From assembly GCA_019561615.1 (NCBI GenBank), contig JAHEQA010000017.1, positions 23,849 to 73,910 on the forward strand: a stretch of DNA of 50,062 bases, in the 5' to 3' direction. The stretch's first letter is position 1, and every line of letters begins with the position of its first letter. Origin of the DNA: Methanothermococcus sp. SCGC AD-155-E23 (lineage in GTDB: Archaea > AGJL01 > Methanococci > Methanococcales > Methanococcaceae). Positions 10,150 through 19,239 of this stretch are shown here, in pieces. The notes below the pieces were generated by a model that saw only the letters and a program-made list of their open reading frames with translations, did not search any database and had not been told where the DNA came from. The translations under genes were made by a program, and so were the position numbers.

Positions 10150-11079
10150 ATGGAGGAGTTGTTCCAACTACTTACAAGGAACATACACTTCAACGTAACA
10201 GAGTTAAGTAGTAAGACCTGGAATCAGAACTGGAGGGTACCTGAGGGCCTTATATCTATAATAGGGGTAAAAAATGGAAGGAATCCAGTTTTCTACTATG
10301 GAGTTACAGCCAACTACAGGGAGGAGTACGTGGTAAATAAGGGGGTCTCCGAGGGTGGCAACAAGTTCATCAATGTAAGGGTGTATTTCAAATTTGACAG
10401 GGAGGATATCCTGGAGAAGGAGAAGTACATAGTTGCAAATGGATTCCACGGCCTCCTACTATGTGTTAAAGTAGATAGGGAGAGGTTTGTAGATACTGCC
10501 GAGAAATTACTACTTCAGGAGTATAGAAGTGGGGATCCTCACATAGTAGAGGTTTTAGAGAAGATGATGGAGAGAAATGTGTTCAAGAGTGTAGAGGAGG
10601 GTATTAGATATATTGTCAACAGGGACTTCAACTGGTTAATAGAGAGGTTAAAGTACAGGGCTGGACTTCTAAGTTACTCTGGAGAGGGTTACTGGTTACT
10701 ACCTTTAAAAACTGGGATGGAGATCACCAGAGGTCTCAAGGTGACAGAAAGAGATGTTATCGTAGATCTTGAAAGTGTGGAACTCTTCAAAAACTATATA
10801 GTTTATGTAGACACTAAGAGTGGGGTGGTAAGATACAACAGGTATAAGTTGTGTAAAAGTGGGTTCTCACTGGTAGATGAGATAAGGAAGCAGATGAGGG
10901 AGGATATATGTCCATGGTGTGGTAGTAAACTTAGACTGGTGAAAACTAAAAAGGGAGAATTCCTAGGCTGCTCCAACTATCCAAACTGCCTTTACAGGAG
11001 ATTTTTAAAGAAGGAGGAGAGGGTAAAAGTTGAAGGAGGTGAAGATGTCCAAAAGGATCAGTCCCTTCCTATAAGGTGA
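10150..11079 (+). CDS. hypothetical protein with C-terminal topoisomerase-type C4 zinc ribbon
   Basis: CPWCGSKLRLVKTKKGEFLGCSNYPNC. Confidence 0.75.
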   Translation: MEELFQLLTRNIHFNVTELSSKTWNQNWRVPEGLISIIGVKNGRNPVFYYGVTANYREEYVVNKGVSEGGNKFINVRVYFKFDREDILEKEKYIVANGFHGLLLCVKVDRERFVDTAEKLLLQEYRSGDPHIVEVLEKMMERNVFKSVEEGIRYIVNRDFNWLIERLKYRAGLLSYSGEGYWLLPLKTGMEITRGLKVTERDVIVDLESVELFKNYIVYVDTKSGVVRYNRYKLCKSGFSLVDEIRKQMREDICPWCGSKLRLVKTKKGEFLGCSNYPNCLYRRFLKKEERVKVEGGEDVQKDQSLPIR

Positions 11080-11083
11080 TAGG

Positions 11084-12139
11084 ATGAATAAAGAGTTATT
11101 TCAACTTATAGAGAACTTTAAGAGGGACAGGCGTCTTCAGTCCTTTGACGAGGCTGCCACTAAGCAGGCTGTAGTCCTTAGTATTTTAAAGGCCCTGGGG
11201 TGGGATCCCTTTAACATAGACGAGGTCTATCCAGAGTACTCTGTAGGTGGTGGGAAGGTAGACTATGCCCTTAAATGTAACGGTAGGGTCAAGGTGTTCA
11301 TAGAGGTTAAGAAGGTCAATGAAAACTTGGAGAGGCATCAGGAGCAGCTTTTAAAGTACTCCTTTCAGGAGGGTGTGAAACTTGCTGTGTTGACAAATGG
11401 TATAAGTTGGTGGTTCTACCTACCACTACGTGAGGGAAGTTGGGAACAGAGGAAGTTCTACACCATTGAGATATATGAGCAGGACAGTAAAGATATCGTG
11501 GACAAATTTGAGGAGTTTCTATCTAAGGAGAATGTAATTTCAGATAAGGCTGTGGAAAATGGTGAAAGGCGCTACAGGAGCATTCAGAAACAATATCTAA
11601 TAAAGAAGACACTTCCAAAGGCCTGGGAGAAGATAGTAACTGAGCCTGATAACCACCTAGTGGAGATCCTGGCCAGTACAACGGAGAAACTATGTGGTTA
11701 TAAACCTGACGGTGAAACTGTAAAGGGATTCCTGGAAAAGATAAAAAAGATTAGCGAGATAGTGTTTACAGAACCTGATGTAGATGGGAAATCAAAAATA
11801 TCTCCAGAGAGATACGTGGGGAAATCTATAGTAGGATTTACCTTTAAAGGTGTTAAATACCCTGTTGATACCTGGAAGGGTATGTTGGTAAAAGTTGCCG
11901 AGATTATGTACTCCCTACATAGGGAGGAGTTCGAGGAGAAAGTTTTTAAGCTAAGGGGAAGGAAGAGACCCTATTTTACAAGGAACCCCAAGGATTTGAA
12001 GGCACCCTATAGGATAAAAAATACTGATATCTACATGGAGACCAGCTTCAGTGCCGATAGGGTTGTTAGACTCTCTAAGAGGATAATATCCCTCTTTGGT
12101 TATAAGGAGGAGGATCTCTCCATCGAGGTAAAAAGGTAG
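11084..12139 (+). CDS. HsdR-N-type PD-(D/E)XK endonuclease fused to a SeqA-C-like domain; no helicase or methyltransferase domain
   Basis: EAATK, PEY, VDYAL, FIEVK, QLLKY and [10 protein letters not shown] motifs. C-terminal GRKRPYF...DIYMETSFS. Confidence 0.8.
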   Translation: MNKELFQLIENFKRDRRLQSFDEAATKQAVVLSILKALGWDPFNIDEVYPEYSVGGGKVDYALKCNGRVKVFIEVKKVNENLERHQEQLLKYSFQEGVKLAVLTNGISWWFYLPLREGSWEQRKFYTIEIYEQDSKDIVDKFEEFLSKENVISDKAVENGERRYRSIQKQYLIKKTLPKAWEKIVTEPDNHLVEILASTTEKLCGYKPDGETVKGFLEKIKKISEIVFTEPDVDGKSKISPERYVGKSIVGFTFKGVKYPVDTWKGMLVKVAEIMYSLHREEFEEKVFKLRGRKRPYFTRNPKDLKAPYRIKNTDIYMETSFSADRVVRLSKRIISLFGYKEEDLSIEVKR

Positions 12140-12159
12140 AAGGGTCTAAATGTGATACT

Positions 12160-13662
12160 ATGGAGTTACACATAGACGAGAAGAAACTTCTGAAGATATT
12201 CCAAGATAGTGGAAAGGAGGAAATGTCTGTAGAGGAGTTAGCTAAGCATGAGCTTATGAAGTCTGAGACAAAGGTTATGAGAAGTGCCCTATGGCTCTCA
12301 GGTAAGGGGTTGGTAAATATTGTAGAGAGAAAGAGGAAATATGCTAAACTAAGTGAGAGGGGGGAAAAGGCTCTAAAGGAGGGGCTTCCTGAGAGAAAGA
12401 TAGCAGAGTACCTGAAGGAGAGAGGTACTACCTCCATACCTGTAAGGGATTTAAGGAATATCCTGGATAGCTCCGAGATAAACCCTGCACTTGGACATCT
12501 AAAGAGAAAGGGTATTGCCAAGATTGAAAAAGGGGTTGTGCACTTCAAAAATCTAGATTATAGAGATAGGGAGGAAGAGGTACTTAGGGATATTAAGATA
12601 GATGGGGATGTAGAGAAATACCCACCTGAGATCCTGGAGATACTTAAAAAGAGGGGGCTTATTGAAATAGAGGAGATAACAGAGAGATCTATCAGATTAA
12701 GTGAGAAGGGGAAGGAGTACATAAAGAAGCCTATAGAGATAAGGGAGGAGATCTCCCAGTTAACTAGGGAGGATATTATCACAGGTAGGTGGAAAAGATG
12801 TTATATTAGACCCTACGATGTAGCTGTCCCTACAGAGGAGGTCTATCCTGCAAAATACCACCCCCTTACAAGGGTGATATACCAGGTTAGAGAGGTACTA
12901 ATAGGTATGGGATTCAAGGAGGTTAAGAGTCCAATGGTAGAGACAGAATTCTGGAATTTCGATGTACTCTTTGAACCCCAGGATCACCCTGCCAGGGATA
13001 TGCAGGATACCTTCTTCCTAAGGTATCCCAGAAGTGGAGAGGTGCCTGAGGAACTTCTAAGGAAAGTTAAAGAGGTGCATGAGAGAGGTACTGTAGATGG
13101 AAGGAAGATATCCAAGGGATGGAATTATAAGTTCCAAGAGGAGATATCTAGAAGGACTATTTTAAGAACCCACACCACGGTATCCTCTATTAGATACCTG
13201 GCATCCCTATCCCCAGAAGAGAGGGAGAAACCCCACAAGGTATTCTGTATAGACAGGGTGTTTAGGAACGAGGCCATAGATTACAAACATCTCCCTGAAT
13301 TCTATCAGTGTGACGGTATAGTTATGGACAGGGATGTTAACTTTGACAACCTTATAGGGATACTGGTGGAGTTTTTAAGGAGGTTAGGTTTTGAGAGGGT
13401 TAGGGTAAGACCTGCATACTTCCCCTTTACAGAACCTTCCCTGGAGGCTGAGGTCTATCTAGAGGGTAAGGGCTGGCTTGAGATCCTGGGGGCAGGTATA
13501 TTTAGACCTGAAGTCCTTGAACCCCTAGGTATAGATAAACCTGTGTTGGCCTGGGGTATTGGATTAAGTAGATTAGCTATGCTTAAACTGGGATTGAAGG
13601 ATATAAGGGAGTTACATAGAAACGACTTGAAGTGGTTAAAGAAGGTAAGGTATGTGCCTTAA
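12160..13662 (+). CDS. pheS: phenylalanyl-tRNA synthetase alpha subunit
   Basis: [34 protein letters not shown] and GAGIFRPE. Confidence 0.97.
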   Translation: MELHIDEKKLLKIFQDSGKEEMSVEELAKHELMKSETKVMRSALWLSGKGLVNIVERKRKYAKLSERGEKALKEGLPERKIAEYLKERGTTSIPVRDLRNILDSSEINPALGHLKRKGIAKIEKGVVHFKNLDYRDREEEVLRDIKIDGDVEKYPPEILEILKKRGLIEIEEITERSIRLSEKGKEYIKKPIEIREEISQLTREDIITGRWKRCYIRPYDVAVPTEEVYPAKYHPLTRVIYQVREVLIGMGFKEVKSPMVETEFWNFDVLFEPQDHPARDMQDTFFLRYPRSGEVPEELLRKVKEVHERGTVDGRKISKGWNYKFQEEISRRTILRTHTTVSSIRYLASLSPEEREKPHKVFCIDRVFRNEAIDYKHLPEFYQCDGIVMDRDVNFDNLIGILVEFLRRLGFERVRVRPAYFPFTEPSLEAEVYLEGKGWLEILGAGIFRPEVLEPLGIDKPVLAWGIGLSRLAMLKLGLKDIRELHRNDLKWLKKVRYVP

Positions 13663-13674
13663 AGGTTGTTAGAT

Positions 13675-14431
13675 ATGAAGGGTAAGGTATTAATAGTAGG
13701 TGCAGGACCTGGAGATCCTCAGTTAATTACTTTAAAGGGAAAGAAGGCCATAGAGGAGGCAGATATTATTGTATATGCAGGCTCCCTTGTAAATAGAGAG
13801 ATCCTAAAATACAACAGGAGGAATGCCAAGGTATACAACAGTGCAACTATGGATCTGGAGGAGATAGTTAAGGTAATGGTGGAAGGGGTAAAAAGAGGTT
13901 TAAATGTGGTAAGACTACACAGTGGAGATCCCTCCATCTACGGTGCAATCAAGGAGCAGATAGATGAATTGAAGAAACATGGTATAGATGTGGAGATAAT
14001 ACCAGGGGTGACATCTCTCTCTGCCAAGTTCTTTGAAGGTGGAGTTAACACTTCCAAAGGTATCCCAAACTGTTATAATTACCAGGCCTGAGGGAAGGAC
14101 ACCAAAACCTAAGGGAGAGAGTATAAGGGAGTTATCTAGGCATGGTTCTACCATGGCTATATTTTTAGGTGTAGGGATGATAGAGAAGGTTGTATCTGAT
14201 TTAATAGAGGGTGGATATAGAAGAGATACCCCAGTTGCAGTTGTCTATAAGGCCTCCTGGGAGGATGAGAAAATAGTTAAGGGAACCTTGGAAGATATAG
14301 TTCCCAAGGTTAAAGAGGCTAACATTAAGAGAAGTGCTCTGATAATAGTGGGGGATGATCCCAGAGATTATGAGTATTCAAAACTCTACGATAAGAACTT
14401 TGAAACAGGTTATAGGAAGAGAAAAGAGTGA
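13675..14431 (+). pseudogene. cbiF: cobalt-precorrin-4 C11-methyltransferase, frameshifted near 14026 (probably a sequence error)
   Basis: GAGPGDP, YAGSLVN and RLHSGDPSIYGA in the first ORF. LKVELTLPKVSQTVIITR...SKLYD in the second frame. Confidence 0.88.
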
Positions 14432-14435
14432 TTTT

Positions 14436-15464
14436 TTACCACTTCATGAAGAGTTTCTTCCTACTTCTCTCTATAGCTCCTTCTGCTGCCCTCCCTCCAA
14501 TTAAGGTTCTAAGTTCTTCTACAATAGCCTGAGAGTCCACCAGGGTTGTGGGGTTTATCTTAGCCTTTTTAACCTTCTCCCAGATCTCTGGATCTATATT
14601 CTGTAACTTCTCCAGTGCAGTTTCCAGTAACTCCTGATCATCTGTAAGTTTTAGAAGGGAGGCGTTCTTAACAAGGAGCTCCATATTAACAGCCTTTAGG
14701 AAGCCGTGAATACCTGAGGTTCTAATAATAGCTGCCATCACCTGAAGTGCCATGATGATCTCTCGTTCAACAGTCTCCTCGGGAAATCCTATAACTTTTG
14801 TACCAACATTGTAATACTCCAGTATACTTGCCAGTGCCATAGCCATTACTGCAGCAGACCCCATATTCCCTAGGGGACATATCATACCCATGGGTACTAC
14901 ATAGGCCTTTTTATTAACACTTTCCGCCAATTCAATACACTTCTTCAACTGTTCCTCTGTTAAGTATCTCTTTCCATCTAGGGATGTACTCCCTATAATA
15001 TAGTGGTCATGTTGAGGTGTGCCTGGAAATACGGTAGGATGCATAGAGGAGAAACCAATGTCCCTCCTATCCATGAGTTTAGATAGTACATGGGAGTAGA
15101 CAACAACGGGACACATAGTACAGGTGGTGAGTATTACTGCATCCTTTGGTAGATGATCTACAATCTTTTTTGCAATCTCTATAGTTTCAAGTGGAGGAGT
15201 GTATAGTATGTGCATCTCCCCATGTCTTGCTGCCTCTAGATCATCCTGGGTAACCTTGACTCCTGCCTCCTCCACCTTCTTCCACATCTCCTCTGTTAGC
15301 ATATTCCCGTTAGGCTCTGAGAGTACTACATCGTGACCTGCTTCTGCAAATTCCATGGCCATTCTACTACCGCCATAGGGCGGTTCCCCTCCAAAGAGTT
15401 CAGGTACTCTAAGTTTGTTGATATAGAGATCCTGGTTACCTGCACCGTAGATGGAAATTTTCAT
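14436..15464 (-). CDS. Hmd-related protein (HmdII/III family), copy 1
   Basis: YGAGNQDLY, GGEPPYGGSRMAMEFAEAGHDV, TCT and HP..PGTPQH. Confidence 0.9.
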   Translation of the reverse strand: MKISIYGAGNQDLYINKLRVPELFGGEPPYGGSRMAMEFAEAGHDVVLSEPNGNMLTEEMWKKVEEAGVKVTQDDLEAARHGEMHILYTPPLETIEIAKKIVDHLPKDAVILTTCTMCPVVVYSHVLSKLMDRRDIGFSSMHPTVFPGTPQHDHYIIGSTSLDGKRYLTEEQLKKCIELAESVNKKAYVVPMGMICPLGNMGSAAVMAMALASILEYYNVGTKVIGFPEETVEREIIMALQVMAAIIRTSGIHGFLKAVNMELLVKNASLLKLTDDQELLETALEKLQNIDPEIWEKVKKAKINPTTLVDSQAIVEELRTLIGGRAAEGAIERSRKKLFMKW

Positions 15465-15551
15465 AAAATCACCTAAAAATTTTTATTTTTTTTAACGATT
15501 TTAGACCAATATGGGTTTATAATCGTCCATTATAGAGAGATTATAGGATCA

Positions 15552-15564
15552 TAGTATATAAAAG
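15552..15564 (-). promoter_or_regulatory. TATA box for Hmd-related copy 1
   Basis: Minus strand reads TTTTATATA about 90 nt upstream of the ATG. AGGTGA SD precedes the start. Confidence 0.45.
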
Positions 15565-15609
15565 TCTACTATAACAGGGGAATCAAAAGTCAAGAAAAAT
15601 ATCACCATG

Positions 15610-15619
15610 AAAAAAAAAA
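15610..15619 (-). terminator. oligo-T terminator after Hmd-related copy 2
   Basis: T10 on the minus strand 12 nt past the stop. Confidence 0.5.
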
Positions 15620-15631
15620 TAGAGAAAATTT

Positions 15632-16657
15632 TTAACCCATGAAGAGTTTCTTCCTACTTCTCTCTATAATCCCTTCTGCTGCCTTTTCCCCTACAACTCC
15701 CTTTATCTCATTTACCAGCGCCTGAGAGTCCACCAGAGTTGTGGGATTTATCTTAGCCTTTTTAGCTTTTTCTACAAATTTTTCATCGATGTTATTTAGT
15801 ATGTCCAAGGCTACTTTTAATCCCCTCTGATCTTCTGAGAGATTCATAGAGGAGGCACTCTTTGTAACTAACTCTACATTTAGAGCCTTTAAGAGGCCGT
15901 AAACTCCAGAGGTCGCCACCAGGGAAGCCAAGGTCTGAAGTGCCATAACTATCTGCTGCTCTACCATCTTCTTAGGAGCACCTATAATCCTTCTACCCAC
16001 CTTGTAGTACTCTAAAATACCTGCAAGTGCTATGGCAGTTGTAAGTACTCCCATATCGGAGACTGCAGATACTACATCTATAGGCACTACATAGGCCTTT
16101 TTATTAACACTTTCTATCAGTTCAATACACTTCTTCAACTGCTCCTCTGTTAGATAGTCCTTTCCGTCAAGAGAGGTACCTCCTATTATGTAGTGATCAT
16201 GCTGAGGTGTACCTGGGACTGCAGCGGGATGTAGTGAGGAGATACCTATATCCTTCCTCTCTCTTAACTCGTACTTGAGACAGGAGTAGAGGACAATAGG
16301 TGAAATAGTACAGGTGGTTAGTAAGACCGCATCCCTTGGTACATAGGGGATTATTCTTTTGGCAATATCTATGGTGTAGCATCCGAAGGGTGTAAATAAG
16401 ATGTGCATCTCCCCATGTCTTGCTGCCTCTATGTCGTTGTTAGTTACCTTAACCCCTGCTTTCTCAACTTTATCCCACATCTCCTCTGTTAACATGTTTC
16501 TATCAGGCTCGGCAAGTACTACATCATGCCCTGCTTCCGCAAACTCTATAGCCATCCTACTTCCACCATAGGGCGGTTCCCCTCCAAAGAGTTCAGGAAG
16601 TTTAAGTTTGTTTACATAGAGGTGCTGATTCCCTGCACCGTAGATGGAAACTTTCAT
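15632..16657 (-). CDS. Hmd-related protein (HmdII/III family), copy 2 (most canonical)
   Basis: LFTPFG, TCTISP, HPAAVPGTPQH and DVVSAVSDMG. ATG at 16657 after AGGTGA. Confidence 0.9.
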   Translation of the reverse strand: MKVSIYGAGNQHLYVNKLKLPELFGGEPPYGGSRMAIEFAEAGHDVVLAEPDRNMLTEEMWDKVEKAGVKVTNNDIEAARHGEMHILFTPFGCYTIDIAKRIIPYVPRDAVLLTTCTISPIVLYSCLKYELRERKDIGISSLHPAAVPGTPQHDHYIIGGTSLDGKDYLTEEQLKKCIELIESVNKKAYVVPIDVVSAVSDMGVLTTAIALAGILEYYKVGRRIIGAPKKMVEQQIVMALQTLASLVATSGVYGLLKALNVELVTKSASSMNLSEDQRGLKVALDILNNIDEKFVEKAKKAKINPTTLVDSQALVNEIKGVVGEKAAEGIIERSRKKLFMG

Positions 16658-16690
16658 GCCTTTCACCTGAAGTATAAGTAAACTGGTCTT

Positions 16691-16766
16691 ACTGCTCCTC
16701 TGTTAGATAGTCCTTTCTGTCAAGAGAGGTACCTCCTATCACCTAGGGATTATAGTGAGGAGATAC
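16691..16766. repeat. intergenic relic copy of internal Hmd copy-2 sequence
   Basis: 16691-16739 matches 16138-16186 at 48/49 nt. 16753-16766 equals 16232-16245. Confidence 0.9.
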
Positions 16767-16769
16767 TTT

Positions 16770-17795
16770 TTAACCCATAAAGAGTTTTTTCATGCTCCTT
16801 TCAATCATTCCCTCTGCTGCCTTTCCTCCAACCATGTTCTTAAGTTCCTTTACAAGTTCCTGGGAATCTACAAGTGTCGTTAGATTTATCTTAGCTTTTT
16901 GAGCTTTTTCCCAGATCTCTGGATCTATATTCTGTAACTTCTCCAGTGCAGTTTCCAGTAACTCCTGATCATCTGTAAGTTTTAGAAGGGAGGCGTTCTT
17001 AACAAGGAGCTCCATATTAACAGCCTTTAGGAAGCCGTGAATACCTGAGGTTCTAATAATAGCTGCCATTACCTGAAGTGCCATGATGATCTCTCGTTCA
17101 ACAGTTTCCTCGGGAAATCCTATCATCTTTCTACCTACTTTATAGCTCTCTAAAATCCCTGCAAGTGCTATGGCCATTACTGCGGCAGATTCCATATTTC
17201 CAAGAGGACATATTATGCCGATAGGCACTACATAGGCCTTCTTGTTAACACTCTCTGCTAACTCAATACACTTCTTCAACTGCTCCTCAGTTAGGTAGTC
17301 CTTTCCGTCAAGGGACTTCCCTCCTATGATGTAGCGGTCATGTTGGGGGGTGCCTGGAAATGCTACGGGATGGAAGGATGAGATACCAATATCCTTCCTC
17401 TCCCTTAACTCGTACTTGAGATGGTGGTAAGGTACCACTGGACATATGGTACAGGTAGTTAGGAGCACTGCATCCTTAGGTAGGTGTCTTACTATCTTCT
17501 TAGCTACCTCTAGGGTTTTAATTGTAGGGGTGTAGAGGATGTGTATCTCTCCATGTCTTGCAGCCTCTAGATCATCCTGGGTAATCTTAACTCCAGCCTC
17601 CTCCACCTTCTTCCACATCTCCTCTGTTAACATGTTTCTATCCGGTTCAGCAAGTACTACATCATGCCCCGCCTCTGCAAATTCCATGGCCATTCTACTA
17701 CCACCGTATGGTGGCTCCCCTCCGAAGAGCTCTGGTACTTTAAATTTGTTTATGTAGGTATCCTGGTTACCTGCTCCGTATACTGAGACTTTCAT
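16770..17795 (-). CDS. Hmd-related protein (HmdII/III family), copy 3
   Basis: Same motifs as copy 1. ATG at 17795 after AGGTGA. Confidence 0.9.
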   Translation of the reverse strand: MKVSVYGAGNQDTYINKFKVPELFGGEPPYGGSRMAMEFAEAGHDVVLAEPDRNMLTEEMWKKVEEAGVKITQDDLEAARHGEIHILYTPTIKTLEVAKKIVRHLPKDAVLLTTCTICPVVPYHHLKYELRERKDIGISSFHPVAFPGTPQHDRYIIGGKSLDGKDYLTEEQLKKCIELAESVNKKAYVVPIGIICPLGNMESAAVMAIALAGILESYKVGRKMIGFPEETVEREIIMALQVMAAIIRTSGIHGFLKAVNMELLVKNASLLKLTDDQELLETALEKLQNIDPEIWEKAQKAKINLTTLVDSQELVKELKNMVGGKAAEGMIERSMKKLFMG

Positions 17796-17900
17796 GCCTT
17801 TCACCTCAAGGTTTTAAATAATAAATTCTTCTAAGTATCTGGAGTATCGCTGATAATAATAAAATTTATCTAGTTAATCATAAAATATCTATTTGAACTC

Positions 17901-17918
17901 TTATAAAATCTTTTATAA
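17901..17918. promoter_or_regulatory. palindromic TATA-like element upstream of the Hmd paralogue array
   Basis: TTATAAAA-TC-TTTTATAA, a perfect 8-bp inverted repeat. Confidence 0.45.
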
Positions 17919-17996
17919 ACCCCTACTGCCTTTTTCTCTCTTCATTTGGAAGATGTCCTAGTTTATGAGAGATGGAAGGAGGTGCTGAGAGAGTTT

Positions 17997-19193
17997 TTAT
18001 AATTTAAATTCCCCTTTTTCTATCCTCTTTTTAAGCTCCCTACATAGTCTCATAGCCCTCTCTCTATCTGACTGTCTACAGGTTATAGGTATCCCTAGAA
18101 TACTGTTTAACCTTATAGAGTACACCCCATGAGGACAGGTATCTGCACAGACTCCACATCCAAAACAGTCCTCTGTTGGTAGTGGCCTATTTCCCAGATG
18201 AGGCATCCTCTTAATAGCCTTAGTGGGACACATCTCCATAGCAGTACATACCTTACAGTTTCTACACCTCTGAATATCTATACTGGGCCTTAACTCTGCG
18301 CCCCTCCATACCTGAGCGTAATCACCCACCCCTATAATTTTTCTCCCCACCACGTTTACAAGGGGTAGGGGTATGTCCTCATCTAAGGTCTTTAGAAACT
18401 CTTTATTTCTCTCCTCAACCTCCACAGGTATTGCAAGGGTGTTAAATACCTCCACACCTCCAGAGGTGATAAAACCCCCTAAGTAATAGGAATCCATGTT
18501 GTGCATATCTGCAGATACCATGAGATTCTCCTTTCCCCTTGAACTCCTGGTTCCATACCCTAGTATAACCCCCTCTGCACCGTTCAACAACACCCTCTTT
18601 CCAATGAGACTCCCTTCATCGCAGTACATATTCTGAAGAGGGTTTAACTCCCCACAGCCTGAGAAGGAGGCCTCTCCCCTCCTCATCCTCCTCCTGTGAA
18701 ATATGGTCTCTACAGGTTCCTCCCCTAAGTTTGTAAAGGCGAGGTAATTTTTAAATGCCATCCTAGTCCCTATCATCCTGGCAGTGGGAATGTCATCCAA
18801 GGTTACACTCCTCCTGTAAGTTCTTCCCCCACTCTCCACCAGGACCTCTACCTCCTTACCTGCAACAAGGTCTTTAAATAGGAATCCCCCTCCGTAATCT
18901 TCCACGTAACTTGTCCCGTACACCATCACATCTACAGATCCCAGATACTCATTTGGACAGGGACCTATATATCCCTCTATACCATTTAGATATACCCTCT
19001 CTCCCCTTCTAAAGTTACCAGGCTCAGCTATAGGTATATGGAATACTGCCATGGTACCTGACATTATTCCACAGGTGGCAGTTGTAACAACATCTATCTC
19101 CTCTATCTTATCCTCCTCGTTATTTCTTATCATCTTCTTTAACTTATCAACAGTTACCACCACCTTTTCCTCAGGTGTTCTAGAATTCTCCAT
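17997..19193 (-). CDS. methanogenesis marker 16 metalloprotein (DUF39-like domain plus C-terminal ferredoxin)
   Basis: DVVTTATCGIMSGT, GPCPNE, SFSGCGELNPLQN, CxxCxxCxxxxxCP, CxxCxxCxxxCP and CRQSDR. Confidence 0.8.
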   Translation of the reverse strand: MENSRTPEEKVVVTVDKLKKMIRNNEEDKIEEIDVVTTATCGIMSGTMAVFHIPIAEPGNFRRGERVYLNGIEGYIGPCPNEYLGSVDVMVYGTSYVEDYGGGFLFKDLVAGKEVEVLVESGGRTYRRSVTLDDIPTARMIGTRMAFKNYLAFTNLGEEPVETIFHRRRMRRGEASFSGCGELNPLQNMYCDEGSLIGKRVLLNGAEGVILGYGTRSSRGKENLMVSADMHNMDSYYLGGFITSGGVEVFNTLAIPVEVEERNKEFLKTLDEDIPLPLVNVVGRKIIGVGDYAQVWRGAELRPSIDIQRCRNCKVCTAMEMCPTKAIKRMPHLGNRPLPTEDCFGCGVCADTCPHGVYSIRLNSILGIPITCRQSDRERAMRLCRELKKRIEKGEFKL

Positions 19194-19239
19194 AAGGACA
19201 CCTAATTTTAATGATAGAAAACATTAAGAAAGTGATATC

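Noticed and set aside
14015-14040. Programmed ribosomal frameshifting at the four broken genes
   Set aside because: No shared slippery motif, and conserved residues appear to be missing, which recoding cannot restore.
14436-17795. Diversity-generating retroelement (template/variable repeat) explanation for the Hmd repeats
   Set aside because: No reverse transcriptase in the window, and too few mismatches between repeats to show adenine-specific mutagenesis; gene conversion or duplication fits better.
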